Source: Raillietiella orientalis | Lineage: Eukaryota | Assembly: GCA_036172245.1 (NCBI GenBank) | Contig: JAYWIR010000016.1 | Location: 1,860,001 to 1,924,000, forward strand | DNA length: 64,000 nucleotides | Direction of reading: 5' to 3' | Part shown: positions 52,200 to 64,000 of the stretch, in pieces | Layout of the letters: every line of letters begins with the position of its first letter | Position numbering within the stretch: the stretch's first letter is position 1 | The notes under the pieces: model-generated | The model's database searches: none | What the model was told of the DNA's origin: nothing | Seen by the model: the letters and a program-made list of their open reading frames with translations, nothing else | Translations under genes and position numbers: made by a program

Positions 52200-54570
52200 A
52201 ACCAGTTGTCCAGCAGAGTACGCACACGATGTGCGTCCCAGTCAACCGGAAGAACAGAGCTCGATGGCGCAACCGAGCCAGCGTGCTCTGCCAGCTTCTG
52301 GAGTCACAGCAACCGAACCACAAACTGCGCACAAGAATTTCCGCGCACGGCGTTCACCATGCCTGGGGGTGGTGATCGGGACCGCCTTCGGCCGATCCAG
52401 CTGTGCGGCCCGTTCGTGGCACTCGAGGTTTGCGTGGATGGTGGCCGGTGGGTCAGGATGCACCCTGCCTCACCCCGTGCTCAGCAGCTCTGCCGCGGAA
52501 CCGCCGACGGGCTTCCTTGTATTTGCAAGTGCGACTCCAGGTCTTCCGGGAAACTGCGTTTCACCAAAGATATCGGACGAGTTGCGGAAGCTGTTGCATC
52601 CCCCTGAACGATGGCTGCACAGCCCATACGGCAACGAAACCGCAGCTGAACGATCCGAGCGACTCGAGTTTGGGGTTTCCATTGCTGACGCAAAGCGCGG
52701 CGGGCGCCACGCGCCGGAGGCACCGCAGGACCCGAGACCCCACCCACGCGAACGAGCAGTGAGGATCCCACTTCGTCCGCCATCGTGGCCGACCCGCGCG
52801 AGTGCAGCAGGTCTCTGCTCTCTGGTCCCGCCCCTGCAGCGCCGCCTGCTCTTCGGGCAGAGCATCCGAGGAGGCCTCGTACTGAAGCATCCTCGGGAAG
52901 ACCGTCGTCTCGCCCGTCCGCACTGGCGGAGCACCGTGCGTAGCAGCGCTCCGCCGCCTCGCCAGCTGGGGAACCACAGCAGAGGAGGCACTCCGGCGAC
53001 CAGAGTCGCTAAATTCGTCAGCAGCCACGGTCCTCGCAACCACACCGCCAGGATCGAGGCGTGGACGCACGAGCCGTGCGCAATCCCGCCCGCTTTCGAT
53101 TCGGGGAGTCACGCGAACGGACGGTGCTGGTGGCGAAGCTCCCCCTCGCATCGAGAGGACTGGCGAGCGAGCATAGGGGCGAGTCCACGCAGCTCTTCGC
53201 GGATCCGCAGATGCGATGCACCGGAGAGCACCACCGGCAGTGCAACATTCGCAGCCTTACGAGACCCTTCGGCTGGATCCGGCACCGAGTCGGGGCGGGG
53301 CCAGGATGCCGGGTGCGCGGCGAGGGCGGGAGGCGGGGCGACGCGTCCTGCAGCTTCCGCTCGGCCGGAAGACGCTCCCTGCCGGGGGAGGCATCGCACT
53401 CACTCAGCCTGGGCGACTGCCGTCCGACACGTCAACGAGCGAGCGGCGCTCGAGACCGTGCCACTCGGGAGGGATGCTGCCGAGTCCCTTCTTCCGACTG
53501 CATAACTGAACACGGCATTGAACCCGCGAGACCGCGGCGTTGTCCGGCCAACGGCTGCGTCAGCAGTTCGAGGTAAGGCACGCAAGACCACCGGCGGGCG
53601 CAACGACGCAGGTCTCGCTCCATGGGTCCGTGTCCGAGTCGGGAGGCAACTCCTCCTGGAGCTCGAGGAACGGACCTCGGGCACCAGGAGCGCCTGCGTT
53701 GAAGGCTTTGTGGTTAAGGCTTCCGCGTGTGGCACCACGCGTCGCGGATTCCAATACTTTGGCGGAAACTGACTCCACTGCGTCGTTGGGTGCCGAGTTT
53801 CTTCCTGCAATGGCGGCACTCGTTGTCCGAGACATTCGGGCGTGGCAGCCGGACGTCCCCGATGAAGGCCGTAACAATGGGAGTCGACCATCGGGTCCTC
53901 CCAGGAATCAAGGAGTGGGGAGTTCCCCCACCGGTCGCACAACGAAGAGAGGACCCCCCACACCGGGGGACGCCTTCGATTTCAAGATGGAGCAAGGAGC
54001 CTTCACAGGCACCTCTCCATTCGTTTAAGGGAGAGGACTCCCCTCTGCTGCGGGGGGGGACCCTCCGAGTCGCCGCCTCTCAAGAAGAGTGCAAAGAAGC
54101 AAGCGAGAGCGATCATCCTGCGGGAAGCTGCAGCGCCCCTTCTGAATTTCGGAAGCGTCCCTTCGGGCTTCTCTTCAGAGGAATGAACAGGAGCGGATCC
54201 TTTCCGGATTCCCTTCGGAGTACATGCAATGGAGAGGACAACATACCTCCCAGGGGTTCCCTCCGGAGAGAATGAGCGAGGAGATTCCCTTCTGGGTTCC
54301 CCTTTCGATACAACCAGGGAGGGAGGTGCGATCCTCGCTCCCCAAACGTGAGAGGAACGGACTCCGAGCCTGTCTGGATTCATAGGGCGGACCCCCTTCC
54401 CGCTGCCAAGAAGAGTCAAGCCGGTCCGGGAACCGGCTTCCTGGCAGGTCACATGAACTATTGGCCGTAGCGGGGCCGCAGATGTACAGTGTTTATTAAG
54501 AAACTCCCCGGCGTGACCGGGTGAGAACTCCGCGGGTGGCGCGGAACAGTGTTGAAGAGCCAGTGGCGCC
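52200..54570 (+). mobile_element. Decayed LINE ORF1-like region, including ORF1-tail repeat copy 3 (53700-54570)
   Basis: Abrupt GC-rich onset; Cys/His relics (VCVDGGRWVRMH...C; RCTGEHHRQC); lies directly upstream of the RT; 3' part repeated twice elsewhere in the window. Confidence 0.55.
54395..54527 (+). mobile_element. ~130-bp LINE 3'-UTR-only insertion (copy G)
   Basis: Resembles 57782-57936 (cccc..cgctgc..gagtc..gccgg..), ends CCCGG-CGTGA-CCGGG-TGAGAA; absent from the two other ORF1-tail copies. Confidence 0.7.
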
Positions 54571-57500
54571 CCGGAGATCGGGGAGGAGGAGCCTTTCACG
54601 ATAGGGGAAATCATCACCGCAATCGGGAAGCTGAAAAGGCGGAAGTCACCGGGGGAGGACGGCCTGCCCGCAGGGTTCTTTCCATGCTTCGCCGCGGAGC
54701 TGACGCCCCTGGTGCAGCGCTTAACGCTGCTGATCCGGGAGACAGACGACGCTCCCGCCTCCTCCCGATCGGCAAGGGTGCGTCTCCTCCCGAAGGCAGG
54801 GGACTTACGGAACCTCGGCAAGTGGCGCCCGATCACCGTTCCGAACGCGGACGCCAAGTTGCTGGCAAAATTATGGTCGGAGCGACTGGGGCGGGTGGCG
54901 GAAAGCTTCATCGGCCCGGAGCAGGCAGACAGACGCTGTCCCCGGGCGGAGCATGCAGGCCAACCTGCTCTTCGCGAACAGCGGTGTAGGATAAACAAAG
55001 GGAACACGGTCGGCACCCCGATTTGCGGAGCGTCCGCTGGTGGTTGGCGGGATGGTCGGAGGCGCGAGGGGGCCCTCGCCGTCGCAGTCGACCTGCGGAA
55101 AGCTTTCGACTGCGTCGATAGCCAGGAACTCCTGCTGGAGCTTCTGGAACGCTTGGGCTTCCCTGCCTCATTAATCGCCTTTCCGAGCTCTTGCTGGCGC
55201 GACGCGCTGACCAACGTCTCTTTGAGCGGAAGAAACGGTGGGAATCAGCAAAAAAAGTGGGATGCAGCGGAACAAACGTGTTCGGTGTGCCATTGAGCCG
55301 CGGGATACGGCAGGGCGGGGCGCAGCCTGAGCCCCTCGCTCTTCAGCACCTACTTCGAGCTGGTGCTGAGGGCGTACGGAGAGACTGCAGCTCGCCTGCC
55401 GGGAGGCACACCGGCCGTGGCGTCGTATGCGGACGATCTTCTGCAGCTGCCCCCCGTGCCCACCCTGGCGCCGGCGGTCGAAAATTTTTTCGAGCTGCTG
55501 CGCCGCGGGACTGGACTGGAGGTGAACGGTGCGAAGTCGTCCGTGGTTGCAGTCGGATCGTCGTGGGCAGGGCAGCAGTGGTTCCGCCTGGGGATATCCA
55601 CGGTGCGGTACTTTAAGTACCTCGATATGCCGTTGGGGGAATACACCCCGACGGAGAAGTGGGCCAGCTGCCTCCAAAAGGCTGAGAAGGAGATCAGCCC
55701 GTTCCTGGATGGCGAGTTGCTCTTGCCGGAACTGGCCGTGGTGTGGAACACGTTCGTGGCCCCTTCCTTTTCGCCACTTGCTTTTTGTTTGCCCCCCTCA
55801 TCCTGCGGTGTGAAGAGGGGGACAAAGGACTTCCTGAGGATCGCCCTTTGGGTCGGAGGGAGGCCCCGAGTCCGCCTGAAGGACTTGCGTGCTCCGCGTC
55901 GCGACGGAGTCCTCGGCCTCGTGACGCTGGAGCGGCTGGAGCTGCAGCTGCAGTTCAGGAAGTTATCCCTAGTGGCGCAGTTGCGGAGCACCAGCTGGTG
56001 CGAGCCTGCACGATACCTGGTTCGGCGAGCCAGCGGCTGCGCGGGACTGTCTATGCCTTCCCAGCGCGCCGCAAACGCCGGTACCTGTTCCACTGCGGAC
56101 TGGCGCTCCGGCGAGTGGTCAAGCTGACCAGGATGAATGCTTGTATCTCCTTCCGGCGCGCAAACGGCACTTCCTGCAGGTCGCGGGAAAGCCTTCGCAC
56201 GTGGGCCCAGATTGAGGAAACGAGCCCGAAGTTGCGGCAGCGACTGCTGCACTCGTTTTACAGCAGCCGCTCGCTCCGTGTTCCCCCTTTCTTGGAAGCA
56301 GGAGGTCATCATGCTGGTGCATTGGGGTTTCCATTGCAACCGGCGCACGGACCTTGTTTCCGAGGGGGTTGTCTCCCCGAATTGCAAAAGGTGCGGAGAA
56401 GCCGAAACGCTCCCACACCTGCTCCTGGACTGCGGTGCCCTCCTAGGACTGTGGCGGAGGCTGGCCTCAGCTCTCCTGCTCAAGGGAGACACCGCAAGGG
56501 ATTTGATGCGCCGCTTCTTCACACCAGGCGGCCTGTCCTTAGGTGCGATGGTCGCAACTGTCCGTTGCACCCGCGCCATCGACAAGGCCCACCGAGAGCT
56601 GGAGACGCAGGCGATTCGTCGACAGGCCACCGGATTAGCCGACGAAAACATGACGTCGGCTGCCGCCAGGCCTCATCTTCCGGAACACGCAACGAACGAG
56701 ATCTCCGGCATCCACCGCCGGTTCTGAAGGAAAGGAACGACCGAAGCCAAAGACCCCTGTCCCCTCCCTTCCCCATATCTTGATTTCTATTTTTTATGCG
56801 TGTATTTGTGGACCCCTCCCTCCCGTTCCGGACTTTCGGATGTACCGACCTGCGTGTCGGGGAGCCCTCCCTTCGTTTTTCTGTGTCCTTTGTCCGGGAA
56901 CCCTGTTCCCGGATAGTTTAGGAATAAACGCCCGGTGCACCCGGGTGGGAAACAGCCGCTCGCTACAGGGCATCATCGTGCAGCCTGCCTGGAATGCGTG
57001 GGCTGAGAGGACCTCCCTAGCCGCGGCCCTGCCCTACCTCAGGAAGCACCTGGGAAGTAGTCAGCCGGCCAAGTGGCAGGTCGGATGTAGAATCTCCACG
57101 AGAGAGAGGGAACAAGGTGGTTGGACCACGGACCAGCTGAATGCGACCTCCAAGTGCACAACACCGAAAGGACTGGGGCGCTGCTGGGGCGAGCTGCTGA
57201 GCATCCCGCTGGATGTACTCGAGTGTCCCCCAGTGCTGAGGAATACCCGGGCCCTCCCCCTCAAATGGCAGGAGTCGGCGTTTCTGGTGTTGCATTTTTC
57301 TGGTTGCCGCCCGCCGATCCCACAGGACGAGGGGGGCAGTGGACCCGAACTGTGTCAGGTGCGGGGTACGGGAATCCCTCCCGCACCTGCTTCTTGACTG
57401 TGCTGCCCTCCGGCCCCTGTGATTGCGTTTCGCAACGGCCCTAGGTGCACCCACGAACAATCCCAGAGACGTATTCAAGCGCCTCTTTGCGCGCGACGCT

Positions 57501-57937
57501 CTTTTGCCTGCCGCAGCCCTTTGCCGCCTACGAGGGATTGTGACAGCCTGGAGCAACGCCACTGGTGGACAGAACGATAGGGACGCCACCTGCCCCGCCC
57601 TGCGCTTCCGGAGGACGGCAGACCGATGGTCCCATCTGGGACGTATACGGACTGAACTTGCCGACATCCTGGAAAGGATGTAGAGGACGACCGCAGCGAA
57701 ACGTGATCCCTTCTCCGCCCTACCCCACACCCCTCCTTTTGTAAATAGTGGTTTCTTTGTTTTGTTGTTTTTATTGGTCCCTTCCCCCTCCGCTGCAGAG
57801 TCGAACTCGCCGGCCTGCGCGCTGGCTACTCGGAAAGTTCAGAGCTTTCGGCGGACGTTGTAGGGCCTACGGCCCCACACGTTTTTGCAGTTTGTTATTT
57901 TTGAGAAAATAAACGCCCCGGCGCACCCGGCCGTGAT
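54570..57937 (+). mobile_element. L1/Tx1-type LINE ORF2 RT to 3' end (copy D/E), split by copy F
   Basis: PFTIGEIITAIGKLKRRKSPGEDGLP, LLPKAGDLRNLGKWRPITV, VDLRKAFDCV, GIRQG, YADDL, FKYLDMPLG. SFYSSRSL (to 56275) continues as QGIIVQP (56965 on), cf. copy A GSYSRQPLQEIINTP. AATAAA plus hairpin at 57908-57930. Confidence 0.92.
56276..56952 (+). mobile_element. Short 5'-truncated LINE (copy F) with 12-bp TSD, nested in copy D/E
   Basis: FPLSWKQEVIMLVHWG...CKRCGEAETLPHLLLDC, own 3' UTR; TSD CAGCCGCTCGCT at 56264-56275 and 56953-56964. Confidence 0.9.
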
Positions 57938-58029
57938 AGGAGCGTCCCCTCGTTGACGCTACGCCTCTCCGCTTCCGGAGGTCGTTGCGTGCACGGCGCT
58001 CGCTCGCCCGGGCGCCGGAAAGCAGGGTG

Positions 58030-58500
58030 CGGGCGAGCAGTGCAGCTGGCTGTCGCCACGTGCTTCCTCCGGCGGGAGACCAAGGGGTGTTCGAGGACTC
58101 CGCAGACCTCGGCTGCGGCACGCCGGTGAAAGACGACAGGCATCTCCCGTTGGCTGCGTTCCTGCTTGGGCCGCGTCGCTCTAAGCGTCGCGCCAACTGA
58201 ATCGTCCGTCAGCAGGGAAATGCGTGAGAAGGGACGGCTGCTCAGTCGCCTGAGGTGGGAAAAGACTGGCATTCCCGGGAACGTTCCCGGGAAGAGGGGG
58301 AGGGAGAGGGAACGAGACCGGATGAATGGTGCCGCGGGCACGCGCGAGTGACTGGGAGAGGGACCATCGTCTATGGGGGCGCAGCTGACGTGACCCGTCA
58401 CGCGCAACGGCCTCGCGGCACCTCCGCCTCCCGGCCCGCATTGGCATGGACCACGGTCCGACCGCCGGTTCACCAGTACCCTGCGGGCGCAAGCGCAGTC
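58030..58500 (-). pseudogene. Possible degraded N-terminal exons of a second serine protease
   Basis: PCQCG, an IVGG-like DSVGA, then VCG...KHVATA with ACAGCCAGCTGCACTGC, which equals TAAHC codons plus two inserted bases. Confidence 0.3.
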
Positions 58501-58780
58501 GAGAGACGCGGAGTGCATCTCCTCCCGTCGGGAGACCGACTTTCGGATCCCGAGCGAAATCGAACGGCAGGCGTCCATCGGGAGATCGTCCCTTGGAACC
58601 AAATATGAGGACGCTGCCTGGAATGCGCCCTCCGGCGTCGACGCCGCCGCCCGACCTGCGAGGCGAAGGTCGCGCAATCCCTTGGATGCCCCTTCAGCCG
58701 GACGTCGCCGCAGAGACGTGCGTGGGCGCCCGGCAGCCACCACACACCCCGAAGAACTCGGGTGCGTGCCGACAGGAGGA

Positions 58781-59880
58781 GATCGCCTCCCGCCCGCGAA
58801 TTGCGACGGGGCAGAGAGCGAGGAAACCGGGAGCGGTCTGCGCCTCCGGCTCGCAAGTTTTGCGGCGCCTGAGGCTGGTGAAGAAGAAAATGCTGTCGCG
58901 GTACGTCTAGAGCGGGCCCACGCGAGGCCTGGCGGTCGCATTCCTGCTGCGACCTTCCCGCGGTTCTCCCTGCTCGTCTGCCCCACGCGGGGCACATGCG
59001 TTCCGCGCACCACCGTCCGCCCGCCGCTCTCCTGGGGATCGGCCCCGCGCGCGCTTACCGTAGCCGCGGCACGCCGCGAAGACGGTAGGTCAGCAGCAGC
59101 AGCAGCCTTCCAGCAGGGCAGCTCCGCTGAGGGCGCATGCGGCATGGCGGTCATCGCAGCTGAACGAGCGGTGGGCGAGGGAGACCGCCTGCGTCTCGTT
59201 CGGTCCGCGCAGACGCCACGCGTTCCTTCGCTGTCGCGGACAAACCAAGGACCACGCCCCCCCTCCCTCCCCGCCTTCTCGTAGTCCTTGTAGCCGGCGG
59301 CGGAGTCCACTGGCGAACAAACCGTCGTCCTCTACCGGCAACCTCCTTTTCGTCACTTTCCGCCGCCACGGGTGCACCTCGAGGACGACGCGGACGCGGA
59401 GTCGCGCATCCCCGGGTGCGCGAGGTGGTCGCCAGGCACCGCCGTCGCTCTCCCGGCGGCTGTCGAAGCTTACGAGCGCGAAGAGGAGCACGAGACGCCA
59501 GAGGCCTCCGTGCAGCCGGTGGTGCGGTCCGCGGTCGTGCCCTTGTCCGCGGGCATACTCACCTAGGCGAGCCGCCCCAGGTCCCCGTTGCGCTTCGTCG
59601 CTGTGCGGCTGCGCCTGCCCTTCCGGCGGACGACAACCGCCGCCTGCCAAGAACGGACGCGGCCTGGTGAGCCGAAGCCTGGCTTTGCTTCTGCAATGCA
59701 AGTGATCAGCTGCGCGTCGCCCCTCCGGGAGCGCGCTCTAATGCCTCCACGCACCAAGGGAACGTCCACAGGTGAGAGAGTACGCTTCCCGGATCCGCTT
59801 CGCGCTCACGATCGTCTCCCGCCCGCGAATTGCGACGGGGCAGAGAGCGAGGAAACCGGGAGCGGTCTGCGCCGCCGGCT
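58781..59880 (+). repeat. 71-bp direct repeat pair (58781-58851 and 59810-59880)
   Basis: gatcgYctcccgcccgcgaattgcgacggggcagagagcgaggaaaccgggagcggtctgcgccKccggct; two mismatches. Confidence 0.92.
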
Positions 59881-60377
59881 GGGTCGGGACGCGCGGACTG
59901 CGCAACTCGCGCTGCGCCGTCCGGACCTTCGCTTCCTGCGGTTGCGTTTTTCCCGCCCCTGCTCACGCAATCGGCGGCCCTTTCGCCGGCTGCGGCGCAG
60001 GAGGCAGCACGACCGACCGCTTTTCCTTTCGTGCGCCGCCTGGCGCAGCCCCCGTCCGTATCCACCGTCTCCGACTGTCCCCCAGGCATCTCGCGGGAGA
60101 CGCGTGCGCGCGGCAGGCCGGGAGGGGGAGCGTCGGCGGGGCTGCCACCGGAAGCGCTGCTGACTGTACCCCCGCGTTGCCCGACGACGGAAGGGCGCTA
60201 CCGGTGCCGCACCGAAGACGAGGCGAGTCTCCCCTGCTGACCACGCGTGCGAGGTCATCGTTTTATTGCTGGCAGTGCGGCGAGGCGACCTCTTCGGAGG
60301 AGTGGCGTCCGCGGCGGAGCTCTCCGCAGCCCGCCGGTGCGTGGGAGTCGCGCTGCGGCGCCGCCCCTTCGGCGTTT

Positions 60378-63804
<3,427 letters not shown>

Positions 63805-64000
63805 CTGTGAGAGGAGGAGGAAGGGACGCCTGGACTTCCTCCAGGTGACTTCACTGCCTGACCCCCCAGAATGACCTGTGCACCGCTTGCGAGGACGCCA
63901 CGTGGTCGCTCCCTGCCGGGACGCCTTCGTTGTCGACCTCTGGACCGCAGCCGGATCCCTGGAGCTCGGATCAGAGATCCGGAGACCGGAGCTCGTCATC

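Overview
Animal (probably arthropod) nuclear DNA, not prokaryotic. The AT-rich core (about 8.8-52.2 kb) holds three intact multi-exon genes with many ~50-nt introns: MED12 (minus, 9096-23594), SAS10/UTP3 (minus, 32552-38997) and SNX14 (plus, 46336-51975). The GC-rich flanks and intergenic gaps are filled with decayed retroelements: mostly an L1/Tx1-type LINE family, plus BEL/Pao LTR remnants. A GC-rich trypsin-like protease gene lies at the right end. Main observations: (1) a short degraded fragment of bacterial transcription terminator rho at about 30.94-31.08 kb, a candidate horizontal-transfer relic; (2) six LINE 3' ends share a terminal CCGG stem-loop with almost no poly(A), and the upstream 3'-UTR hairpins covary; (3) the LINE has inserted into its own copies, with 12-13 bp target-site duplications; (4) three ORF1-tail copies share a common 3' boundary, suggesting an ORF1-only derivative. 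All homology calls come from motif recognition by eye; no database search was run.
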